From a virus (lineage: Duplodnaviria; Caudoviricetes): a stretch of 56,034 bases of DNA. Within the stretch, counting starts at the first letter, position 1; every line of letters starts with the position of its first letter. A model generated the notes under the pieces. The model ran no database searches. It was given only the letters and a program-made list of their open reading frames with translations, and was not told the origin of the DNA. Shown in pieces: positions 1 to 8,033 of the stretch. Both the position numbers and the translations under genes were made by a program. The stretch lies in the IMG/VR virus record IMGVR_UViG_3300038379_000522, positions 1 to 56,034 of that record; one strand, written 5' to 3'.

Positions 1-200
1 TCACAGCACCCGCGCCAATTAAAATATTAGCACCAGGATTAGCTAAAGTACCGGATGGCAAGTGATGAAAACAGACGGTACCTTTAGGTGTCCACACTTT
101 GTGGCCAGCATTGGGGCCTCCAACACGAACTAAATAACGATATCTAGGAGCTATAAACGCAGAGATCTGACCCTTACCCTCAGAGCCGTACTGCCCACCC
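1..200. repeat. Terminal direct repeat copy 1 (circular assembly overlap)
   Basis: 1-200 matches 55835-56034 except G78 vs T55912; it falls inside a CDS. Confidence 0.97.
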
Positions 201-751
201 ACAAGCACATCAACGTTTTTACCTAAAGTTGGACCATTTATAAATCCAGATACTATAGTAACGACATCCTGTGGTGTACATTTTGTTGTATCAATAACGG
301 CATCAGCCACCTTGGCCAAAGATGAAGATGTTTCTATAACATGGGAGGATGCCTCTTCATATTCCAGTCCAACATCTTTGCTGGCGTCTCTACCTTGGAA
401 TCTGCTTCTAAGAACGCCAGGCAAAGCCGTAAGATGGATGTGCTTTATCATGTGTGAAGCACAAAAAACATTTCTGATGTGGGTGATTTGATCTAACGTT
501 CTTATAGCATCAATGATCATGGTGGGATAAGTCGGCAACTCCAACATTTTATTTGCTATCCAAGCACCACCCGTTTCTACATCTAATGCGCTGCCTGCCT
601 GCTGTAGAGCGTGCCTAGTGGCAGCGTCAGGGTAGGTCATTTTTACTAGTTGTGACGTTTGCAGCACGACACAGTTATCAAAAGCCGTTTGAAGAGCGAG
701 CGATAATGTTGATTTTCCAGATGCGATAGGCCCGGACAGCAGGACAATCAT
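1..751 (-). CDS. purZ: 5' part of P-loop nucleotide kinase-PurZ/PurZ0 fusion; continues across the circular junction into 55834..55005 (526 aa total)
   Basis: Manual translation from ATG at 751 (ATGA overlap with upstream ORF): MIVLLSGPIASGKSTL (Walker A)...MIIDAIR...KVADAVIDT...VDVLVGGQYGSEGKG...VRVGGPNAGH; open and in frame with ORF 55005..55931. Confidence 0.9.
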   Translation of the reverse strand, partial: MIVLLSGPIASGKSTLSLALQTAFDNCVVLQTSQLVKMTYPDAATRHALQQAGSALDVETGGAWIANKMLELPTYPTMIIDAIRTLDQITHIRNVFCASHMIKHIHLTALPGVLRSRFQGRDASKDVGLEYEEASSHVIETSSSLAKVADAVIDTTKCTPQDVVTIVSGFINGPTLGKNVDVLVGGQYGSEGKGQISAFIAPRYRYLVRVGGPNAGHKVWTPKGTVCFHHLPSGTLANPGANILIGAGAV

Positions 752-1002
752 GATATAACCTCATATACGCCGTAGTGCCAGCCATTAGGTTGGGGTGAAA
801 GGCCAGAAAAATTTACGAATACTAAACCACTAAATGTAATACTAGTGGGAGCGTTAGCATCGGTAAAAGCTAATTCTAATTTTCTTACACCGAAGTTAAC
901 GATGCGCATCTCATTAGATGCACTAGCTGGCCAACAACACGCGAAGCAGAGGTTTTTATAGCCAGGCAACAGCCCGACACCGCATGAAGCGCAACTGCTC
1001 AT
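748..1002 (-). CDS. Hypothetical protein with N-terminal CxxC...CxxC
   Basis: 84 aa; its stop overlaps the kinase-PurZ start codon (ATGA). Confidence 0.55.
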   Translation of the reverse strand: MSSCASCGVGLLPGYKNLCFACCWPASASNEMRIVNFGVRKLELAFTDANAPTSITFSGLVFVNFSGLSPQPNGWHYGVYEVIS

Positions 1003-1104
1003 AGAGGCTTACAATTTTTAAAATCATACCATACAAATTTTTTAGATAACCTTAATTTTCTTTAATAATTATGTTTTTACATTAGCTTAACCCTCCATAT
1101 ATTA

Positions 1105-1134
1105 ATTGTAACTCTGCGGTACTTGAACTGTCAA
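1105..1134 (-). promoter_or_regulatory. sigma70-type promoter reading toward the kinase-purZ unit
   Basis: Minus strand TTGACA-18 nt-TACAAT, followed by a GGAGG RBS. Confidence 0.6.
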
Positions 1135-1352
1135 GCCCACTCGATCCTACGTACCCCACACCGGTTTAAAGCTTCCTCGAATAAGTTATCTTTAAGCACG
1201 CTATCTTTAATTTTAAAATTGTCTGATCCTTCACCAGTAAACCCAACATAGCCGGATTCACTGACTTTTAATGTAACAGATCCTGGCAACATCTTACCCA
1301 TGAGAGCATCAATAACCTCTGCAGCTGTTTCAAACTCGATATATCTTATCAT
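1131..1352 (-). CDS. Hypothetical protein
   Basis: 73-aa ORF co-oriented with neighbours. Confidence 0.6.
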   Translation of the reverse strand: MIRYIEFETAAEVIDALMGKMLPGSVTLKVSESGYVGFTGEGSDNFKIKDSVLKDNLFEEALNRCGVRRIEWA

Positions 1353-1464
1353 ATTACTTATGGTTCCGGATCAAGGTTGATTGAACTATGGTCAACTCTG
1401 CATTACGTTTATCTACAGAATCTTCAGCCTTCTTCTTTGTAGAAAATACACCAAAGTTTCATAG

Positions 1465-1713
1465 TTAATTACCATCCCGCCCGTATGACCCACCATCATC
1501 ACCAGTATCATCCTGATAATCAGAGTCTCCGGTGCCATCACCTATATCATCATCTTCAGTATAATCACCCTCCTCGTATCTATGGGGGCAATCTTGGCCT
1601 AGACAATTGTCCTTAAACCTACACCATGGGTCATCGCAAAAGAACATTTTATAATCATATGATAAGGTTGGCTGTGTGGCGAACAAAATAAAGGCCAAAA
1701 ATGCTTTCTTCAT
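1465..1713 (-). CDS. Small signal-peptide protein with four Cys and an acidic Asp/Gly tail
   Basis: MKKAFLAFILFATQPTLS signal-like N-terminus; ATGA overlap with the upstream ORF. Confidence 0.65.
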   Translation of the reverse strand: MKKAFLAFILFATQPTLSYDYKMFFCDDPWCRFKDNCLGQDCPHRYEEGDYTEDDDIGDGTGDSDYQDDTGDDGGSYGRDGN

Positions 1714-2398
1714 GATAATTTATTCATGTTACTCAAACTAACCCTATGACCATCATTACGACCAATGCCGTAGGCACTATTACTACTGCCACCGCTATAG
1801 CGTCTGCCAACACTCCGAAGTTTATGTGTTTTTAAGCCAGCATCCTCCGTTTTTTGGGCCTTGTTTTGAATAACCACTAGAGCATTCTCAACGACCATAA
1901 GTGCAGTACCCGTCTCTGCTGAAATCTCCTTTACCGCGTCCTTAAGGACCTGAAGTAATCTCTCTCCTACAGTATCTATTACACCAAGTCGCCAAGAGTT
2001 GAGCCACACATTACCATTGCCTTTATAACCCTTTGCCATACGATCTCAACATCTGAAGCCGTGCCTACTATCATAATAATCCCTAGGCCACATGTCCAAC
2101 GATATCCAGCTTTCTTGGGTACGCCCTGTGCATTATCACACCAGATGTAACAACCATTTATCCGGGCTATCGAGGCAGCAAGCTTATACCACCAAGGTTT
2201 AAACCTTCAACCAGATGCATCAAACGGCTGTCCCCAACATCGGATCTCTTCCACTTCTTCTTTGCTGTCAACACCTAACATAGCATCTTGGATATTATAT
2301 CTGGTCATAATGGTTTGGGCCTCGGCTTCAGCTTCAGTACAAGCGGAGTTATCTGCTTTGGCCAGCATTTTTGCGCACAAGGCGCATAGCATCATCAC
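1710..2398 (-). pseudogene. Disrupted DUF2786-like phage protein
   Basis: KMLAKA...TEAEAEA...IMTRYNI N-terminus; in-frame TGA at 2207-2209; frame continues (WWYKLAASIARINGC...IVGTASDVEIV), then shifts near 2040 into ORF 1710..2039 (NSWRLGV). Confidence 0.6.
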
Positions 2399-2405
2399 GT
2401 TTCAT

Positions 2406-2696
2406 TTAAAAAATCCTTTCAATGACAATAATACAGAGGCCATATTCCGTGTATCCAATGTCATTTTCTATTTTAACAGCATGGGCCATAGCTTCTACTA
2501 AGACAGTATGCACTGTAGCGTGTTTAAACATTTCTCGAGCATTAGCAATTTGTACATCAGAGTTATCTGATTTATAGGTGTTATTTTCCCATTCGAGATT
2601 ATCGATGGCCTGCAAGTGTTCCACCCTGTACTCCCATGCCCCAGCAATGGTGGGATGTAAAGTTTTCAGGATGTAGATGCCATTATCAGCGCTAAT
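2406..2696 (-). CDS. Hypothetical phage protein (SADNGIYIL type); probable start is a non-canonical ATT
   Basis: AGGAG RBS 8 nt upstream of ATT-AGC-GCT-GAT-AAT; the ORF track extends it to 2732. Confidence 0.6.
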   Translation of the reverse strand: MSADNGIYILKTLHPTIAGAWEYRVEHLQAIDNLEWENNTYKSDNSDVQIANAREMFKHATVHTVLVEAMAHAVKIENDIGYTEYGLCIIVIERIF

Positions 2697-2702
2697 AACT
2701 AT

Positions 2703-2829
2703 TGCTCCTGTGCTTGGAGCATTAAGGAACAAAACAGCAGGTAGGATTGAAGCTTCTATTCTCGTGTAGTCCTACTACACCAGTAGCATTATGGAAGCTT
2801 TAGTGCTACGTTCCCAATCCTACCTACTG
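2703..2829 (-). ncRNA. Candidate structured RNA / cis-regulatory leader
   Basis: Outer 15-bp stem 2735-2749/2815-2829, two inner hairpins, plus a hairpin at 2703-2721 covering the RBS. Confidence 0.45.
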
Positions 2830-3032
2830 AAATTTGAACTGATTATCCCTGCTCTTTTACACTTGCCGGTTCGAACTCAATACCGGCGTTCGTGAATGCA
2901 TCGCTGATTTCTTGCCAGGTATCCGAGTTTCATTCCTTACCGTCCATGGCCTCGGCAATATTCATCACTAAGTTAACGAGTTCATAGCCTAACATGAGCC
3001 TGATCTAATGCCTAAGTTCCTTGCGCATGGCT

Positions 3033-3278
3033 TCACTCCTTGATGGTACGAAGACAAATTTGACCTTCCATTGCTGTACCCGACGTGCGAAGACCAGAGC
3101 CGGATACGGAGTAAAAACCGACGTGCCGAATACCCTTAACGCTCGTACCCCTATACTCGATGCTTTCTATGGTGCGTTCGATCCAACGTGCATTCTCAAC
3201 GGGCTCACCCATATACGTATCAATTTGTTCCTTGGTAAGTGGAGTCCACTTTTTCGCGTCCATTGCCTTTTTTCCCAC
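3033..3278 (-). CDS. Hypothetical protein, first gene of the leftward early unit
   Basis: 81-aa ORF just downstream of a sigma54-type site. Confidence 0.5.
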   Translation of the reverse strand: MGKKAMDAKKWTPLTKEQIDTYMGEPVENARWIERTIESIEYRGTSVKGIRHVGFYSVSGSGLRTSGTAMEGQICLRTIKE

Positions 3279-3319
3279 GCTACTTTATTCCACTTTGATC
3301 AACCTATGCCTGGGATAAT

Positions 3320-3335
3320 TGCAAGATCAATGCCA
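3320..3335 (-). promoter_or_regulatory. sigma54 (-24/-12) type promoter
   Basis: Minus strand TGGCATTGATCTTGCA; GG and GC exactly 12 nt apart; intergenic. Confidence 0.6.
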
Positions 3336-3440
3336 ATACGGGAAGGGCTCCCAAGGCCATCAAGAAACTCCTTGAACATATCTATAGATGCACTCTGCAC
3401 GATTATAACATACAAACTGCAATTTTTAATAGTGGGGGTA

Positions 3441-3470
3441 TTTACAATAATACCGGTGTCGTGTTATACT
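3441..3470 (+). promoter_or_regulatory. sigma70-type promoter of the replication operon
   Basis: TTTACA-18 nt-TATACT with extended -10 TG. Confidence 0.5.
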
Positions 3471-3537
3471 GTCCAACTCAGTTAACTCCACAACGGAGTA
3501 AACAGGGAAAAAACGATACAAGGAGGAGATAGCAGGT

Positions 3538-3747
3538 ATGGCAAAGCTGAAGGCTCGGCAGACTATTGTGGATGATTTTGCGAAGATGGTTGAAAAAAAG
3601 CGGAAAGAGCTTAAACTCAGCCGACGTGGTTTGGCCAAGGCTACTGGCCTTACCAATCAAACCATCCGTAATGTGGAAAACGGCGCAGAGCCAAAGCTGT
3701 TTACCATTTATCGCTTAGAAAAGACACTAGGCGTACTTCGTGCTTAA
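3538..3747 (+). CDS. XRE/Cro-family HTH regulator
   Basis: RKELKLSRRGLAKATGLTNQTIRNVENG-EPKLFTIYRL; AGGAGG upstream. Confidence 0.88.
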   Translation: MAKLKARQTIVDDFAKMVEKKRKELKLSRRGLAKATGLTNQTIRNVENGAEPKLFTIYRLEKTLGVLRA

Positions 3748-5226
3748 ATGAGTCTGCCACCACGTTTTGAGCATCAAGAGCGGTGGTTAGAGAAAACATG
3801 GAATGTGCCCGGGCATGCCGTATTTTGGGACCCGGGCACAGGCAAATCCCGCTTCGCGTTAGATACGGCAAGTAAACTTTTCGATAACCGCAGAATAGAC
3901 GCAATGCTTGTGCTATCACCTAATGGTGTACACAGGCAATGGGTAAAAGACCAAATACCATTATTCTTAAGTAATGCAACAGGCTTTCTATATGAAACAG
4001 CCAAAGCCAAAACTATGCGCCACAAGACATATATGGCTAAGGCTATGGAAGCCAAGTTTCCTATAGTAGCCATGAGTTTTGATGGCATCATGACAGAACA
4101 AGGCGCTAGATGGGTAAAAAAGTTCTTAACTAAGCGCACTGTCCTGTACGTGCTGGATGAATCTACGGCCATTCAAACCATTAATGCCAAAAGAACGAAA
4201 CGCATCATAGCATCAGGCGTATACGCTCCTTATAAACGTGTCATGACTGGCACACCTGGTGAAAACCCATTTAAGTACTACCCACAAATCAAGTTCATAG
4301 ATCCCGGCTTCTGGCCAAGGCATGGCTTCGAGAGTTGGGACGTGTTTAAAGATTTCTTTGCTGTATGGATCAAGGCAACTACAAGAGTAAACGTTAAAGG
4401 TATCTCTGTTATACGAGAATATCCAACTATTGCGCTTGATGCACATGGCAGAAAGAAATATCGAAACTTAACAGAACTCAAAAAACTATTAACTATATGC
4501 TCATCCAGAGTTAAAAAATCCGAAGCTTTTGATCTTCCACCAAAGTTGTACACAAAGCGCTATTTCGATCCAACATCAGAACAACTAAGGGTTTATAAAG
4601 AGTTAGCCGATGAAGATCTTACATTTTTGCGCTCTGGCGAACTCATCACGGCTAGTGTCGCTATAACGAAATTACTGCGATATCAGCAGATTTTATCTAA
4701 CTACATTCCATACGAGTATGACACCACTGGCTCACCTATTAGATACATAGATAAGAAAAACCCACGTCTGGATTGTCTTATGGAAGCTGTTGAGGAGATC
4801 CCGCATCAAGGAATTATTTGGGCTAAGTTCTCTCATGACATTGATTTAATTATAGACAGATTAAGCCCAACACATACCTGCGTAAGGTTTGATGGCAAGG
4901 TATCCGAAGCTACCCGAGGAGTAAACAGGAATCGCTTCATGGTTGGAGACGCACAGTGGCTTGTTGGCAATCCAGAGGCCGGTGGTGTTGGGCTTAATTT
5001 GGATGTAGCACAAAGTGTGATATATTATAATAATTCCTTTAAATTACAAACTAGAATACAATCGGAGGATAGGCCACACAGAGCAACAACAAAACACGCA
5101 ATCAATTATACAGATATCGTGGCAGACGGCACAGTAGACGTGCACATCTTAAGAAGCCTGTTAAGCGGAATGGACGTATTTTCGACTATAACGGGTGATG
5201 ACTTAAAGGAATGGATTAGCTTGTGA
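3748..5226 (+). CDS. SNF2-family (SF2) DNA helicase
   Basis: DPGTGKS, VLDES, MTGTP, GGVGLNL, QSEDRPHR motifs. Confidence 0.92.
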   Translation: MSLPPRFEHQERWLEKTWNVPGHAVFWDPGTGKSRFALDTASKLFDNRRIDAMLVLSPNGVHRQWVKDQIPLFLSNATGFLYETAKAKTMRHKTYMAKAMEAKFPIVAMSFDGIMTEQGARWVKKFLTKRTVLYVLDESTAIQTINAKRTKRIIASGVYAPYKRVMTGTPGENPFKYYPQIKFIDPGFWPRHGFESWDVFKDFFAVWIKATTRVNVKGISVIREYPTIALDAHGRKKYRNLTELKKLLTICSSRVKKSEAFDLPPKLYTKRYFDPTSEQLRVYKELADEDLTFLRSGELITASVAITKLLRYQQILSNYIPYEYDTTGSPIRYIDKKNPRLDCLMEAVEEIPHQGIIWAKFSHDIDLIIDRLSPTHTCVRFDGKVSEATRGVNRNRFMVGDAQWLVGNPEAGGVGLNLDVAQSVIYYNNSFKLQTRIQSEDRPHRATTKHAINYTDIVADGTVDVHILRSLLSGMDVFSTITGDDLKEWISL

Positions 5227-5723
5227 AAGACGTTAAAGAGTTAGTCAAACTAGCTAAAATGGATATAGCAGCTTCAATCAGGGTTGCTAATGCAGAAGAG
5301 GAACTAAAGAAAGCAAAAGCAGCGCTTGCCAATGTGCGAGAGCGAATGATACCGGAGTTGATGGATGAGCTAGAGATTGACAACATAGAGCATGGCGGGT
5401 TTAAAATAACCATGGACACTAAGATACATACGCACGTGTCCGATGAAAGACGTGATGCCGCCATGGCCTGGTTGCGTAAGCATGGCCTTATGAAGATCAT
5501 TCGGCATGAAATAAAGGTTCTTCCTTCCACGGCTGAAGACGTTAGAAAAACGATAGAGAATTTAGATAAACTTGGTGTGGATTACAAAGAAATTCCCACC
5601 GTTCACCACTCCACACTGAAGAGTGTAATCAGATCGAGACTAGAAGGAGGTAAAGATGTCCCGGTCGAACTCTTCGGATATTACGAACAACGAATAGCTA
5701 AGGTCCAACCAACGGAGAGATGA
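5223..5723 (+). CDS. Conserved hypothetical protein of the replication module
   Basis: 166 aa, overlap-coupled to both neighbours; AMAWLRKHG, VHHSTLKS. Confidence 0.8.
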   Translation: MKDVKELVKLAKMDIAASIRVANAEEELKKAKAALANVRERMIPELMDELEIDNIEHGGFKITMDTKIHTHVSDERRDAAMAWLRKHGLMKIIRHEIKVLPSTAEDVRKTIENLDKLGVDYKEIPTVHHSTLKSVIRSRLEGGKDVPVELFGYYEQRIAKVQPTER

Positions 5724-6493
5724 AAATGGCCACCAAAGCTGGAAAACCCACAACTCAAAAGACAACTGTATCTACGAATGTGGATTTCTCAGATTACCAA
5801 GGTATGGGATTTGAAAACCAAACGTCCGATGACGTTCTTATTCCATTTCTAAATGTTCTACAGTCAAACTCACCAGAAGTCGATGACGTTACGGGTGCTA
5901 AGCCCGGCATGTTATATAACACGGCTTCTGGTAAGTTATATACTGAACTTGTATTTGTCCCGTGCCTAACGCAGCACTCGTTTGTCGAATGGCGTCCTAG
6001 GGATGCGGGCGGTGGCTTTGTGAATCGCCACGGCATCCATGATCCTATCGTATTAGAAGCAAAGGCTAATGCGGAGAGGTTTGGCAAGAACAAAACGCCT
6101 AATGGCAATGACCTAGTAGAAACGTTCTACATATATGGCATTTATGAGGAAGGCCAAGAATTCGAGCCTTTCATTCTGTCTTGTTCGTCGACCAAGATTT
6201 CGGCATATAAAGCTATTAATTACAAATGGCGTAAGTTCAAGCTTAATGGTGCTAAGGTCCCCTTGTTTGCCAACTTGACCAAGATTTCAACGGTTAAGGA
6301 CGAAAACCAATACGGTAAATTCTTCAATATTAATCTGTCTCCGGCTCGTGGTGATGATTTGGAGTCTTCATTCATCACACCCGATACTCCGATATTTAAA
6401 GCCGGCATGGAACTCTACAAGATGGTAGAGTCCGGACGAGCAAAGCCTGGTGAGCAGGGTCAGGAGTTTGCCGATGATGCCGGGCCATTCTAG
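5720..6493 (+). CDS. Putative ssDNA-binding / recombination protein
   Basis: Position in replication module; acidic SSB-like C-terminus EFADDAGPF. Confidence 0.6.
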   Translation: MKMATKAGKPTTQKTTVSTNVDFSDYQGMGFENQTSDDVLIPFLNVLQSNSPEVDDVTGAKPGMLYNTASGKLYTELVFVPCLTQHSFVEWRPRDAGGGFVNRHGIHDPIVLEAKANAERFGKNKTPNGNDLVETFYIYGIYEEGQEFEPFILSCSSTKISAYKAINYKWRKFKLNGAKVPLFANLTKISTVKDENQYGKFFNINLSPARGDDLESSFITPDTPIFKAGMELYKMVESGRAKPGEQGQEFADDAGPF

Positions 6494-6499
6494 AACATA

Positions 6500-7621
6500 G
6501 TGGACTTTTCCACTTCACAGCTTGGAGCACTTGATGCTATCGCCACTTGGCTAAAGGGCTCCAAGCAAGTATTTAGGCTATTTGGTTACGCCGGCACCGG
6601 TAAAACCTCATTAGCCAAATACCTGCACGCCGATTACTACGCGGCGTATACAGGTAAAGCTGCACATGTTATGAATTCCAAAGGATGCTATAACGCAACC
6701 ACCATTCATAGGTTAATCTATGTCTCAAAACAAAAATCTGTAGAGAGACTAAATGAATTAATCAAAAAACTAGATGCCAACCCCAACAATGAAGCCATTA
6801 AAAAACAAATCATTGAGGAGAGGAGAAACCTCAACAGACCTTTTTTTACATTAAATCTAGACTCACCACTAAGATTTGCAAAGTTACTTGTTATAGACGA
6901 ATGTTCCATGGTAGATGAGCAAATGGGCAAAGATGTACTGAGTTTTGGTTGCAAAGTGCTCGTACTAGGTGATCCTTTCCAATTACCACCAGTCCGTGGT
7001 GGAGGGTTCTTCACTGAAACAGAACCTGACGTATTACTTACAGAGCCACATAGATTTGCTAAAGATCAGCCCATCTATAGAATTGCTACAAATATCAGAG
7101 AAGGTTTACCTATAAAGAATGACCCACAAGTAGTCCGTAGGATGACGCCAGAACTCGCTTGTAGTGTAGATCAAATCATCGTTGGCAAGAACGTAACAAG
7201 GCAAGCAACCAACAAGCGTATGCGTGAACTTTTGGGTTTTTCCAATGTCCTGCCTGTAGTGGGTGACAAACTTGTTTGCACTAGAAATAATCACGATCTT
7301 GGTATTTACAATGGTGCTATGTACAATGTCACTGCTGTAGATACAACCTTTGGCTTGTGCATGGAGATACAAGATCCGAATAACGGCACCAAATATGATG
7401 TGTGTGCCCATGCTGAATACTTTGAGGGTAAAGAACCGCACGACATTATGTCGGCCGATTGTTTCGAATTCGGATATGGAATTACCTGCCACAAAGCCCA
7501 AGGCAGCCAATGGGATAAAGTGGCTGTAGTTGATGAAAGCCACGTATTTAAAAATGTGAGCGCAAGATGGCTTTATACCGCAGCAACAAGAGCAGCAAAA
7601 GAACTAACGATAGCGGGATAG
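6500..7621 (+). CDS. RecD/Dda-like SF1B helicase
   Basis: GYAGTGKT, AYTGKAA, IDECSMV, GDPFQLPPV, TCHKAQGSQW, WLYTAATRA. Confidence 0.93.
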   Translation: MDFSTSQLGALDAIATWLKGSKQVFRLFGYAGTGKTSLAKYLHADYYAAYTGKAAHVMNSKGCYNATTIHRLIYVSKQKSVERLNELIKKLDANPNNEAIKKQIIEERRNLNRPFFTLNLDSPLRFAKLLVIDECSMVDEQMGKDVLSFGCKVLVLGDPFQLPPVRGGGFFTETEPDVLLTEPHRFAKDQPIYRIATNIREGLPIKNDPQVVRRMTPELACSVDQIIVGKNVTRQATNKRMRELLGFSNVLPVVGDKLVCTRNNHDLGIYNGAMYNVTAVDTTFGLCMEIQDPNNGTKYDVCAHAEYFEGKEPHDIMSADCFEFGYGITCHKAQGSQWDKVAVVDESHVFKNVSARWLYTAATRAAKELTIAG

Positions 7622-7803
7622 AACGATCTACCAAAAGTCACTGGTCCAAACTCCTCATAGTAGCTAGACCAGACCACAAGATACCAGGTGGCAGATTATA
7701 TAAATGTCCCACCTGTGGTTTAGTTTGGGCTAACCTCAACGCTGCACTATTTAAAGACAGAAAAACTGCACTAGCAACCTGCATTAATTGTCGTGTACCA
7801 TGA
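7567..7803 (+). CDS. Possible small Zn-finger protein (start uncertain)
   Basis: CPTC...CINC; fills the gap between the helicase and the next gene. Confidence 0.35.
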   Translation: MALYRSNKSSKRTNDSGIERSTKSHWSKLLIVARPDHKIPGGRLYKCPTCGLVWANLNAALFKDRKTALATCINCRVP

Positions 7804-8033
7804 AAATACGCGTAGCTATAGATAAGTGTCCTGCTTGTGGACGAGCACACGCTACAGAGTTTTCTAAGTTTTTGAATAGATGGTTGGGCTACTGTAGATA
7901 CATAGATGTACGTCCAACAAAGGAATATGTAACAGGCATTAATGGTCAAGTTATGCTTTGCATGACACCGAAAGACGAAGACGGTGCAACTATAACGCTG
8001 TGGAGTTGGAAAGAAGCGCTATTTGATGACTGA
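7800..8033 (+). CDS. Hypothetical protein with CPAC motif
   Basis: ATG at 7800 overlapping the upstream TGA; overlaps the polA start. Confidence 0.55.
   Translation: MKIRVAIDKCPACGRAHATEFSKFLNRWLGYCRYIDVRPTKEYVTGINGQVMLCMTPKDEDGATITLWSWKEALFDD

Noticed and set aside
2207-2209. Stop-codon reassignment (in-frame TGA here, TAG near 49730)
   Set aside because: TAA, TAG and TGA all terminate intact core genes, and the affected genes also carry frameshifts.
2735-2829. tRNA gene
   Set aside because: Stem lengths do not fit a cloverleaf; no proper T-loop, anticodon arm or CCA.
3021-3485. 154-aa + strand ORF, and the many ORFs antisense to core genes
   Set aside because: They overlap better-supported genes or promoter regions on the opposite strand and have no recognisable motifs.
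3538-3747. Lysogeny module
   Set aside because: Only a short Cro-like HTH is present; no integrase, ParA or peptidase-bearing repressor was recognised.
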